Below are positions 1 to 8,238 of a stretch of 64,000 nt of DNA, in pieces. The stretch comes from an uncultured Acidobacteriota bacterium (GTDB lineage: Bacteria; Acidobacteriota; Thermoanaerobaculia; Gp7-AA8): assembly GCA_963741955.1 (NCBI GenBank), contig CAVUKB010000004.1, positions 512,001 through 576,000 of the forward strand, read 5' to 3'. The notes under the pieces were generated by a model. The model was not told where the DNA came from, did no database searches, and worked only from the letters and a program-made list of their open reading frames with translations. Position 1 is the stretch's first letter, and each line of letters begins with the position of its first letter. The position numbers and the translations under genes are program-made.

Positions 1-992
1 ATCTGAGAGCCGGTCTTGGAACCGACGATCCGGGAGTTCACCACGTACTCCAGCTTGTGGATCAGCACAAGGAAGACGAGCGACGAGACCGCGGTCCCGG
101 GCGAGATCCCGAACGAGACGATCACGATCACGGTGTTGGAGATCAGATTCCCAACCACCGGTATCAGGCCGCAGACGAACGTGATCAGAACGATGGTGCC
201 GGAGAACGGCAGCCGGCTGTGAAACGCCGGCAGCAGGACCAGGAGGTAGACCGCAGTCAGAAGGGTGTTGATCGTGGAGATCTTCAACTGCGCCGAGACG
301 ACCCGGGCGAACGCCTCGGTGAAGCGCTTGATCTTTTCGAGCAGGAGCGACGAGAACCGGGTGCCGCTCGCTTCTCCGTTCGCCGGAACATGCCGGAGGA
401 AAACCATCGCTGCGAGAAGGAGAGCCATGATCGCGTGCATCGTCCCGAGGGTGAATGTCTCGCCCGCGATGCCGATGACGTTGGAGTGCGACTTCAGCCA
501 CTCGACGATGATCTTCTTGAAGTCCTCGGCGTCCTGCACGGCCTCGGGGAACATCTCGTATCCACCGAATCCGACCAGCCAGAGGCGCGTCGATTCGATG
601 ATGTCCGCCATCGCTCCCATCAGTCGCGGGATGTTCTTGATCTGGGTGCGGAAGACTCCGACCACCAGCGCGGTGGCGGCGGTCACGATGGCCGAGCCGA
701 TCACCGTCGCGGAGAAAAGCGCGAGCGGCCGTATCGCGCCCGCGGCGCGTCCCCGAAAGCGGCTGCGGAAGAACGCCGAGATCTTGTCCAGGAGGATGTA
801 GAACGCGAGACCGACGACCACCGCGGGTACGAGGTGACGATAGAACACCAGCAGGATCGCCGCTCCCATCAGAATCCACGCCGCGATCTCCGAGCGCGAG
901 ATCGTCGGCGTCGTCGCTGCCTGCACCGCGGGGAGGACCCCATCGACAGGCCGGACGTCGATCCTCACCGATTCGGGCGGTGTCTTCGGCAC
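1..992 (-). CDS. AI-2E family transporter (3' end runs off the window; start uncertain)
   Basis: Not in the ORF track; translated by hand. Hydrophobic protein ...EIAAWILMGAAILLVFYRHLVPAVVVGLAFYILL... and ...FVCGLIPVVGNLISNTVIVIVSFGISPGTAVSSLVFLVLIHKLEYVVNSRIVGSK, the IPxxG / LE...P(R)IVG-like signature of AI-2E/PerM proteins. GTG at 992 used as start. Confidence 0.75.
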   Translation of the reverse strand, partial: MPKTPPESVRIDVRPVDGVLPAVQAATTPTISRSEIAAWILMGAAILLVFYRHLVPAVVVGLAFYILLDKISAFFRSRFRGRAAGAIRPLALFSATVIGSAIVTAATALVVGVFRTQIKNIPRLMGAMADIIESTRLWLVGFGGYEMFPEAVQDAEDFKKIIVEWLKSHSNVIGIAGETFTLGTMHAIMALLLAAMVFLRHVPANGEASGTRFSSLLLEKIKRFTEAFARVVSAQLKISTINTLLTAVYLLVLLPAFHSRLPFSGTIVLITFVCGLIPVVGNLISNTVIVIVSFGISPGTAVSSLVFLVLIHKLEYVVNSRIVGSKTGSQ

Positions 993-1140
993 TTCCTCGG
1001 GAACGGGCAGGTTACTGATGATTCCCTCCTGGCAAAAGATGCCTATCCACACACTAAGACCTTACGTTTGCCGGGGATATTTCGTTTCTTTACGGATGTT
1101 CAGATTCCGTCACGCCGGGGGAGAGGGACTCCCGCCGAGA

Positions 1141-4100
1141 TCAATGAAAGTCGTGGCTCTCCACGTGTGCATACACTTCCAACGGCCAGAACCGCTCCGC
1201 CTTCACCGAGGGTTGCCCTCCGTTCTTCTGCAGCACGCCCTCGATCACCAGCCCGGCCGATCCCACGATCATCGGACGGTGCTCCTTGAACAGCCCCGGA
1301 TTGACGATCGCCTGGGACATCCCGGTCTCGTCCTCCAGAGTGAGGAAGACGAATCCCTTCGCCGTTCCCGGGCGCTGCCGCACGATCACCGCTCCTGCCG
1401 TTCTCACTGTGGCCCCGTCTCTTCCCCGCAGCAGCTCCGCGGCCGTGAGGACTCCTTTCTTCCTCAGCTCACCGCGGAAGTACTGCATCAGATGAGGTCC
1501 CGCAGTGAGGTTCATACTGTCGTAGTCGGCCAGAGTTTCGCTGAAGGGAGTCATCTGCGGGAGGGGGGAGTGCGCTCCGTCACGCTCGGTCCGATCGAAG
1601 AGCGGCCCCGCATCCCGCGCCGCCCGTGCCGCCTGCCAGAGCGCTTCCCGTCGAGCCAGGCCGAACCCGGCCAGGGCTCCGCTGTAGGCGATCTTCGTCA
1701 TCTGGTCGTCCCGAAGCCGGCATCGCCGCGCCAGGTCCTGCACGTCCTCGAACCCTCCTTTCGACTGCTCCTCTTCGATTCGTTTCCCCTCGGTCTGATG
1801 GATCCCTCGTATGAACCGCAGGCCCAGACGGACGCCTCCGTTCTCCCACCGGCACATCCACCCCGACTGGTTCACGTCGATCGGGAAGACCTTCACTCCG
1901 TGCCGCTGCGCGTCCTTGATCAGCGTCGCCGGATGATAAAACCCCATCGGCCACGCATTCAGTAATGACGCGTAAAAGGCCGCCGGATGCCGCGCCTTGA
2001 TGTACGCACTCGCGTAAGCGATGAGGGCGAAACTCGCCGCATGCGACTCGGGGAAGCCGTACAGCGCGAACGAGGTGATCGACTTCACGATGTCGTCCTG
2101 CGTCTTCCCGGTGATTCCTCTCGCGCTCATCCCGTCGCGCAGTTTTTTCTCGATCTCGGTCATCCGTTCCACGGACCGCTTGAAGCCCATGGCCCGCCGC
2201 AGCTCTTCCGCCTCGCCGCCGGTGAATCCCGCCGCAACCATCGCGATTCGCAGCAGCTGCTCCTGAAAGAGTGGGACGCCGAGCGTACGTTTCAGGATCG
2301 GTTCGAGCGACGGATGCGGATACTCCACCGGAACGCGTCCCTGGCGCCGGTCGAAGAACGGACGGATCATCCCGCCGACGATCGGGCCGGGGCGGATGAT
2401 CGCCACCTGCACCACGATGTCGTAGAAATTCTTCGGTGCATTCCGCGGGAGCGACGCCATCTGCGCACGACTCTCCACCTGGAAGACTCCGACCGTATCC
2501 GCGTCGTTCAGCATCCGGAAGACGCCGGGGTCGTTCTGTGGCAGGTGCGCGAGATCGACCTCCACCTTTTCGTGCTCGCGGATCATCGGGATCGCCTCTT
2601 CCATCGCCGCGAGCATCCCCAGCCCGAGGAGGTCGACCTTGATCAGGCCGAGATCGGCGCAATCGTCCTTGTCCCACTGGATGACGACGCGTCCCGGCAT
2701 CGATGCGGGCTCCAGCGGCACGACCTCGTCGAGCCGCCCTCCCGCCATCACCATTCCTCCCGAGTGCTGCCCGAGGTGCCGCGGAAGATTCTGGATGCGC
2801 AGCCAGAGGCGGACCAGATGCCGCACACGCGCGCTGTCGGTATCGAGCCCCGCTTCCTTCATTTCCGTCGGAAGCTCGCTCACCTTGTCGCGAATCTCGC
2901 CGAACGTCCACTGTCCGATCTGCTTCGCGAAACGCTCGATCTGCTCCGGCGAGAAGCCGAGAGCCTTTCCGACCTCGCGCGCTGCGGAGCGCTCACGATA
3001 CGTGATCACGTTCGCGGTCATTGCCGCGCCGTGCTTTCCGTACTTCCGGTACACGTGCTGAATGACTCTTTCCCGTTGATCCCCCGAAGGCAGATCGAGA
3101 TCGATGTCCGGCCATTCGCCACGTTCTTCGGAGAGGAATCTCTCGAACAGAAGATCCATCTTCACCGGATCGACGGCGGTGATGGAGAGGGCGTAACAGA
3201 CCGCGCTGTTCGCCGCCGAACCGCGACCCTGAACCATGATGTTGCTCTCGAGGCAGAAGCGGACGATGTCCCAGACGATCAGGAAGTAGCCGGCGAGATC
3301 GAGCTTCTCGATCATCGCCAGCTCGCGCTCGATCTGCGCCTGCGCACGCGCGGTGAGGGGGCGGAAACGTGCCCCTGCGCCGTTCCAGGTGATCTGGCGC
3401 AGCAGCGACATCGGCGTCTCGCCCGGTGGAAGAGGGTAGTCGGGAAAGCGGTAGCCGAGATCGGCGAGAGTGAAGTCGAGCCGCGAGGCCAGTGCGACCG
3501 TCGCGTCGAGAGCCTCGGGAAGATCGGCGAAGAGATCGCTCATCTCTGCGGCGGAGCGGACGTGACGCTCCCGATGCGCGGCAAGAAGACGTCCTGCAGT
3601 GTCGAGGTTCGTGCCGTGACGGATGCAGGTGAGGACGTCGTGCAGCTCCTTGTCGACCGGCCGTGCGTAGCGGACGCCGTTGGTCGCGACGATCGGGAGG
3701 CGGAGCGAGCGCGCGAGCTCGAGGAGAGCCTGATTGCGGTGCTCTTCGTCGCGCCGGTGATGGCGCTGCAGCTCGACGTGGAGGCGGCCGGGAAAGAGAC
3801 TCTGCAGATGCATCATCACGTCGCGCGCGGCGTCGAGTCCGCCTGCACTCAAGGCGTGCGCGACGGGACCTTCTTCGCTCCCGGTCAGGCAGTGGAGGCC
3901 TTCGCTGTGCGCGGCGATGAGATCCCAGTCGTACGCGGCTTCACCTTTCGGCCGGTCGAGCGCGCCGGCAGTGAGGAGCTTCGAGAGGTTGCGATAGCCG
4001 GTGCGATTCTCGACGAGGAGCGTCAGACGCGTACCGCTCTCGTCGAACGGAGGAGTGTCGGGGACGAGACGGAGTGAAGCACGAGGCTCGGGACTCGAGG

Positions 4101-4536
4101 CTCGGGATTCGAGCGGCGAGCGGCGAGCGGCGAGCGGCGAGGAGGACGCGCCGATCGAGAGCTGCTCGTCGTCTCCGGATCGAATCACGTCGCTCGATCT
4201 CATGAGGGTGACTTCGGCGCCGACCAGGGGACGAAGTCCTGCCTTGCGTGCGGCGCCGTAGAAACGCGGCGCGCCATAGACGCCGTTCCGGTCGATGAGA
4301 GCCATGGCAGGGAGGTCGTGCCGCGTCGCCGCGTCGACCAGATCCTCGGGGAGCGACGCGCCGTCGAGGAACGAGAAGGCGGAAGCCCCATGCAGTTCGA
4401 CGTAAGGCCGGACGTTCGTCCGTCCCGCCGGCGGCTTCCACGAGCGCTGGCGCAACTTCTCCTTGCGCGCTCCGGCGGAGCCGCTCATGCGATGCCCGAG
4501 GGCATCGAGATCACGGGATGGCGGGGTGCGGTTCAT
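1141..4536 (-). CDS. dnaE2: Error-prone DNA polymerase III alpha subunit DnaE2 (ImuC)
   Basis: PHP start YVELHGASAFSFLDGAS, GRGSAANS, PDIDLD, KVDLLGLGML, YGFPESHAASFA, OB-fold VRQRPGTAKG and the DnaE2-specific C-terminal SHDFH (S[RH]DF[RH]); lies downstream of imuA/imuB. Confidence 0.97.
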   Translation of the reverse strand: MNRTPPSRDLDALGHRMSGSAGARKEKLRQRSWKPPAGRTNVRPYVELHGASAFSFLDGASLPEDLVDAATRHDLPAMALIDRNGVYGAPRFYGAARKAGLRPLVGAEVTLMRSSDVIRSGDDEQLSIGASSSPLAARRSPLESRASSPEPRASLRLVPDTPPFDESGTRLTLLVENRTGYRNLSKLLTAGALDRPKGEAAYDWDLIAAHSEGLHCLTGSEEGPVAHALSAGGLDAARDVMMHLQSLFPGRLHVELQRHHRRDEEHRNQALLELARSLRLPIVATNGVRYARPVDKELHDVLTCIRHGTNLDTAGRLLAAHRERHVRSAAEMSDLFADLPEALDATVALASRLDFTLADLGYRFPDYPLPPGETPMSLLRQITWNGAGARFRPLTARAQAQIERELAMIEKLDLAGYFLIVWDIVRFCLESNIMVQGRGSAANSAVCYALSITAVDPVKMDLLFERFLSEERGEWPDIDLDLPSGDQRERVIQHVYRKYGKHGAAMTANVITYRERSAAREVGKALGFSPEQIERFAKQIGQWTFGEIRDKVSELPTEMKEAGLDTDSARVRHLVRLWLRIQNLPRHLGQHSGGMVMAGGRLDEVVPLEPASMPGRVVIQWDKDDCADLGLIKVDLLGLGMLAAMEEAIPMIREHEKVEVDLAHLPQNDPGVFRMLNDADTVGVFQVESRAQMASLPRNAPKNFYDIVVQVAIIRPGPIVGGMIRPFFDRRQGRVPVEYPHPSLEPILKRTLGVPLFQEQLLRIAMVAAGFTGGEAEELRRAMGFKRSVERMTEIEKKLRDGMSARGITGKTQDDIVKSITSFALYGFPESHAASFALIAYASAYIKARHPAAFYASLLNAWPMGFYHPATLIKDAQRHGVKVFPIDVNQSGWMCRWENGGVRLGLRFIRGIHQTEGKRIEEEQSKGGFEDVQDLARRCRLRDDQMTKIAYSGALAGFGLARREALWQAARAARDAGPLFDRTERDGAHSPLPQMTPFSETLADYDSMNLTAGPHLMQYFRGELRKKGVLTAAELLRGRDGATVRTAGAVIVRQRPGTAKGFVFLTLEDETGMSQAIVNPGLFKEHRPMIVGSAGLVIEGVLQKNGGQPSVKAERFWPLEVYAHVESHDFH

Positions 4537-4539
4537 GGT

Positions 4540-4582
4540 GAAAAGATGAATGCAGAATGCAGAATTCAGAATTGAGAAAAGA
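4540..4582. repeat. Left arm of 43-bp inverted repeat built from GAATGCA heptamers
   Basis: gaaaagatgaatgcagaatgcagaattcagaattgagaaaaga; reverse complement of 5424-5466 with 3 mismatches. Confidence 0.95.
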
Positions 4583-4612
4583 AACCGGGGCTCGGGGCTC
4601 GAGGCTCGGGGT

Positions 4613-4795
4613 TAGCCCGCATTTCTCACACCATCTCGTCGCGAGGAGGCGGAGAGTGGCCTGGATGCAAGGCGCGCCTCGCTTCGGCGACGAAGGCATA
4701 GCGGTGACTATGTCGAGGAGCCGAAGAGGGGCTCAACGCAGCAGACAGGCCGCTATCCGGCTCCGCAGCAGAGATGGTGTGAGAAATGCGGGCTA
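4613..4795. mobile_element. 183-bp MITE-like element, copy 1
   Basis: Perfect 25-bp terminal inverted repeats tagcccgcatttctcacaccatctc / gagatggtgtgagaaatgcgggcta, (C/T)TAG at the ends, no credible ORF; same-length homolog at 21405-21587. Confidence 0.85.
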
Positions 4796-4968
4796 GGGGT
4801 TGTGCGTATCTCCCTTTCGTCATTTCCTGCTGCGAAACTCCGGCACCCCTTCGGGGGGCGACGAATGATCGCGCTCCTCTCTTTCCGGTGGCGTCTGCAT
4901 TCTGCATTCGTCCTTTCCTGGATTTCATGCTGAAAGCACAATTGAGAAAAGAAACCGATGACGTGGCT

Positions 4969-5406
4969 CTACACACTACTTTGTGCGTTCTTCCTTTGTG
5001 ATGTCGTTCGGACGATCGAGGTCAGAATCGCGACGAGCTCATTAGACTCCTGAAGGATCTCAGCGATCCTTCGCGAAGCGACGATGCCGGTTGCGGCGAA
5101 GAGGCGGAGCCAGTAATGAGATTCGCGGGCTTCCTTCAATGCGATGCGGCATTTCGAGATGAAGTCTGCACGGCTCTGTGCGGCGTGAGCTTCTTCCAGA
5201 TTTGCCCCGAGTGAAGTCCCTGATCGAAGGAGTTGCGCCGCCAGCGTTCGCGGTGCTTTGGTTGTGCTCATGTACTGATAGAGTTTGACTATTCTGCATG
5301 CGAACTCGAACGAACGCTCATAGATGTCTCTCGGCTTTTCAGGGGCATTCGCTTGGATCTTGCGATCACCGGTCAGTTCATCCATCCCGTGACTCTCTTT
5401 CGTCAT
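4969..5406 (-). CDS. Four helix bundle protein (23S rRNA-intervening sequence protein / Avd-like family)
   Basis: IYERSFEFACRIVKLY...QLLRSGTSLGANLEEAHAAQSRADFISKCRIALKEARESHYWLRL matches the family pattern QLxRSxTSIGANxxEA...SxxDFxxKxxIAxKExxExxYWL. Confidence 0.93.
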   Translation of the reverse strand: MTKESHGMDELTGDRKIQANAPEKPRDIYERSFEFACRIVKLYQYMSTTKAPRTLAAQLLRSGTSLGANLEEAHAAQSRADFISKCRIALKEARESHYWLRLFAATGIVASRRIAEILQESNELVAILTSIVRTTSQRKNAQSSV

Positions 5407-5423
5407 TTCCTTCGTCTCTCTTC

Positions 5424-5466
5424 TCTTTTCTCAATTCTGCATTCTGCATTCTGAATTCGTCTTTTC
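5424..5466. repeat. Right arm of 43-bp inverted repeat (TTCTGCA heptamers)
   Basis: tcttttctcaattctgcattctgcattctgaattcgtcttttc; ends 2 nt from the imuB stop codon (5469-5471). Confidence 0.95.
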
Positions 5467-5468
5467 TA

Positions 5469-7166
5469 TCAGTCGTAGATTCCGTCCACATACCACTCTC
5501 CCTCCGCCCGCGCTCTGTAGACGCGATAGATTCCGCCCCCCACCATCTCGACGTCCCAGTAGTCGCGCTCGACCGGATCGTCCGACCACCATCCTTCCTC
5601 CAGTGACCACGGTCCCGAGGCGACGCGAACCGCACCGTGGATCTCGAGAGGTCGCGGCGTGTATCCCTCCTGCTTCGAGACATTGCGGATGGTGTGGATC
5701 TCGCGGAGGTGAAGATCCCCAAGGGCGAAAGTACCGCCGTTCGAAGGAGCGGCACCGTCGCTGATCACTTCGACCGCCAGAGGAGGACGGAAGACGCGGA
5801 CGGCGAGGAGACCGCGCCAGCGGCGCGGAGCGCGGCGGACGGAGGGTGGTGACGGGGGATCGTAGCGTGCGATTCCGTAACGCTCGGGACGCCACGCATC
5901 GATGGTGCGGGGAGTGCCGACCCGGTCCGCCCCGACCATTGCCGCGATCTTCGCCACCGTGGTGGCGAGGAGGTCCGGGGAGAGCTCCGACGGCCCGAAA
6001 ATCGAGAGCTGACCCTCCCGCGGGCGGTCGGGATGGGCGATGAAGGTGAAGCCGGTGACCGGCGCTCCGGGTGGAGCGGACTCGAGGTCGAGCCGTATCA
6101 GGGTGAGGATGGTCTTCACGTCACGGGTGGGAGCCGGAAGATCGATCGCCCGGACATGGAATCCTTCCGGCTCGAGCCGCAGCGCGACTTCGATGGTTCG
6201 ACAACTGTAGCCATGACCCTCCATGCGGCGCATCAGGCGGTCGAGCGCCGCATTGGCCATGAAGAGAAACGGCTCGAGAGTGACGATCGGCCACTCGAAG
6301 TCCATTCCTTCGCGGAATTCCGGAGGAGCCTGCCGGGGAATCAGCGGCCGCGTGTCGATCCCCCGCGAGCAGCAGTGCAGTGCGCGTCCCAGCTCTCCCA
6401 GACGGGTGGCCACCTCACCTTCGGGGAGATTCGCCAGCTGCCCGATCGACTCGATTCCCCATCGGCGCAACGTCGCGGCAATCTTCATTTCCGGTCCCAG
6501 ACGCTCGAGCGGAAGGGGAGCGAGGAACTGGGCCTCCTCGCCCGGTGCGACGATGTGCGGCGACTTCGGCAGCTCCGCCGCAATCCGCGCTCCCAGCTTG
6601 CTCGACGCGATGCCGACCCGTCCGGGGAGTCCCGCCGCACGCATCGCGAGGAGCGCTGCCTGGGCCAGGTTGTGCTCGTGGGGGAGCGGGGCTCGAGGCT
6701 CGGGGCTCGAGGCTCGCTTTTCTGGATCATCAGTCGTCGGTTCTGGATCTGAGACACGGGATGAATCGATTCGTGACGTTTTCTCCGAGCTCCGAACCTC
6801 GAGCCTCGAGTCCCGCGCTCCGAAGTACCGCTCCATTCCGCTGATGTCGAGAAACACCACCCCTCCCTCTGCGTCCTCCACACGTGGCGAGAATTTCTGG
6901 GCCGCTTCGAAGAGCGCCTCCTGGGCCGCGCGCTCGCATTCGGCGTCGCGCCCCCGTGCGATGAGCTTCGGAAGGATCGCCCGTGCCTGAGGGAGCGACA
7001 TTCCCGGCGTGATCCCCGCCTTTCGCGCACGACGCGTCGCCGAAGAAATGTGGGCCGCGCTCCCGTTCCCTTCCACGATCACCACCGCTTCCTGCAGGAG
7101 CTCCGGCTCGGCGCGGAGTCTCGCGGCGAGAGGAAAGAGAGGAACGAAGAAGCAGGCGAGTCGCAT
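5469..7166 (-). CDS. imuB: Y-family DNA polymerase-like protein ImuB
   Basis: ARKAGITPGMSLPQARA, FSPRVE...VFLDISG, FLAPLPLERL, LRRWGIESIGQLANLP, clamp-binding-like QLSIF, C-terminal GPWSLEEGWW...ERDYW...WYVDGIYD; catalytic acidic motifs not evident. Confidence 0.93.
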   Translation of the reverse strand: MRLACFFVPLFPLAARLRAEPELLQEAVVIVEGNGSAAHISSATRRARKAGITPGMSLPQARAILPKLIARGRDAECERAAQEALFEAAQKFSPRVEDAEGGVVFLDISGMERYFGARDSRLEVRSSEKTSRIDSSRVSDPEPTTDDPEKRASSPEPRAPLPHEHNLAQAALLAMRAAGLPGRVGIASSKLGARIAAELPKSPHIVAPGEEAQFLAPLPLERLGPEMKIAATLRRWGIESIGQLANLPEGEVATRLGELGRALHCCSRGIDTRPLIPRQAPPEFREGMDFEWPIVTLEPFLFMANAALDRLMRRMEGHGYSCRTIEVALRLEPEGFHVRAIDLPAPTRDVKTILTLIRLDLESAPPGAPVTGFTFIAHPDRPREGQLSIFGPSELSPDLLATTVAKIAAMVGADRVGTPRTIDAWRPERYGIARYDPPSPPSVRRAPRRWRGLLAVRVFRPPLAVEVISDGAAPSNGGTFALGDLHLREIHTIRNVSKQEGYTPRPLEIHGAVRVASGPWSLEEGWWSDDPVERDYWDVEMVGGGIYRVYRARAEGEWYVDGIYD

Positions 7167-8122
7167 TATGACGAGGCTCGGGATTCGAGGCTCGAGGCTC
7201 GTGAAACACGGGGCTCGAGCCTCGAATCTCGCGTCTCTTCCTCATCTCTCGCCGCTCGCCGCTCGCGTTCCGAGCCTCGAGCCTCGAGTCTCGAGCCTCG
7301 CGTCTCTTCCTCGTCTCTCGTCTCAACCGCCTCGCTCGCCGCCAGTCGCAGCATCTCCTTCGCTCCGGGACGGTGACGGCGATGCTTTTCCACCACCAGC
7401 TCCGACTCGACGCCGGTGAGGATGCGTGGCGAACGACCCACCCCCTTCCACAGCGCCTTTCCGTGGCTGCTCTTCACGACCGCCTCGGGGGCGGTCGCGG
7501 TCAGATGGAACGGAGTCGAGACGAAGAGCGCGCAGCCGTACGACGCAGCGGCGCGCGCGAGACGCACCCAGCTCGCGTCGGCGACACGCCGGCCACGGAG
7601 CTGCACGCCGAGCTCCACGACCACCAGAGGGAACCCCGTCGCGATCACCAGCTCCGCCGCATGCACCGCGTCGCGCACCGAGGGAGGACGGATCCAGAGG
7701 AGGCGATCCAGCTCGACGCCTGCGGCTGCGGCGTGCTCGGGGTCGAAGTGGTCCCCGTGGTCGATGAGAACCGCCGGCTCGCCGGAGGAGGTGACTGCCG
7801 CGAGCGCTGCGAGGACGGTCGAGAAGCGTCCCGAAGAGCGCGTTCCGGAGATCTCGGTGAGCTCCCCCCGCGCGAGCCCGCCGTCGAGAATCCGGTCGAG
7901 TGGAGCGACCGTGGTCGGGAGGGCCTCCCGCCGCTGGTGGGAGTGGCCGCGCTGAAGCTCCGCCGCGCTGGTGATCCGGTGCCGCAGAGATTCGTCCAGG
8001 CTCTCCCGGAGGCGGGCGAGGTCGTCGCGCAGAGGCGGCGGTTCCGGCGCGGGAGCTTCGGCCGGCGCATCATCCTTCCAGGGAAGGGGAAACTGGAGTA
8101 ACCAATCGTAAGCACTTGACAT
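7166..8122 (-). CDS. imuA: RecA-like mutagenesis protein ImuA
   Basis: LDRILDGGLARGELTEISGTRSSGRFS (degenerate Walker A), FDPEHAAAAGVELDRLLWIRP; TAATG overlap with imuB; last ~50 aa are encoded by heptamer repeats. Confidence 0.88.
   Translation of the reverse strand: MSSAYDWLLQFPLPWKDDAPAEAPAPEPPPLRDDLARLRESLDESLRHRITSAAELQRGHSHQRREALPTTVAPLDRILDGGLARGELTEISGTRSSGRFSTVLAALAAVTSSGEPAVLIDHGDHFDPEHAAAAGVELDRLLWIRPPSVRDAVHAAELVIATGFPLVVVELGVQLRGRRVADASWVRLARAAASYGCALFVSTPFHLTATAPEAVVKSSHGKALWKGVGRSPRILTGVESELVVEKHRRHRPGAKEMLRLAASEAVETRDEEETRGSRLEARGSERERRAARDEEETRDSRLEPRVSRASSLESRASS
7172..7300. repeat. Heptamer (GAGGCTC/GAGCCTC) inverted repeat inside the 3' end of imuA
   Basis: 7172-7201 and 7271-7300 are reverse complements at 28/30 positions; direct repeat ctcgcgtctcttcctc at ~7228 and ~7297. 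Confidence 0.9.
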
Positions 8123-8209
8123 GGTTGTACTTGTCTCCTGCGGGCCGCGGCCCGCGCACCCCTCCGAGGCCGCCTCGGATGCGCCCCCATTCGCGGAGGG
8201 GTAAAAATA

Positions 8210-8238
8210 AACTTAGGCGGTAAAGAGGCGTAAGTCAA
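8210..8238 (-). promoter_or_regulatory. Putative sigma70 promoter of the imuAB-dnaE2 operon
   Basis: Minus strand TTGACT-17 nt-TAAGTT about 90 nt upstream of the imuA ATG, which has an AGGAG Shine-Dalgarno. Confidence 0.6.

Noticed and set aside
57-4077. Long plus-strand ORFs (57..1289, 1018..1965, 1987..4077) and similar antisense ORFs elsewhere (e.g. 18926..20533, 23273..24964, 28968..30872)
   Set aside because: Shadow frames opposite well-supported genes, expected at high GC; no recognisable motifs.
4033-4203. Intein in DnaE2 or ImuB
   Set aside because: Inserts are only ~46-56 aa, repeat-derived, and lack N-terminal Cys/Ser block A and terminal His-Asn motifs.
4969-5406. Diversity-generating retroelement (Avd-like gene)
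   Set aside because: No reverse transcriptase and no TR/VR pair differing at adenines seen in the window.
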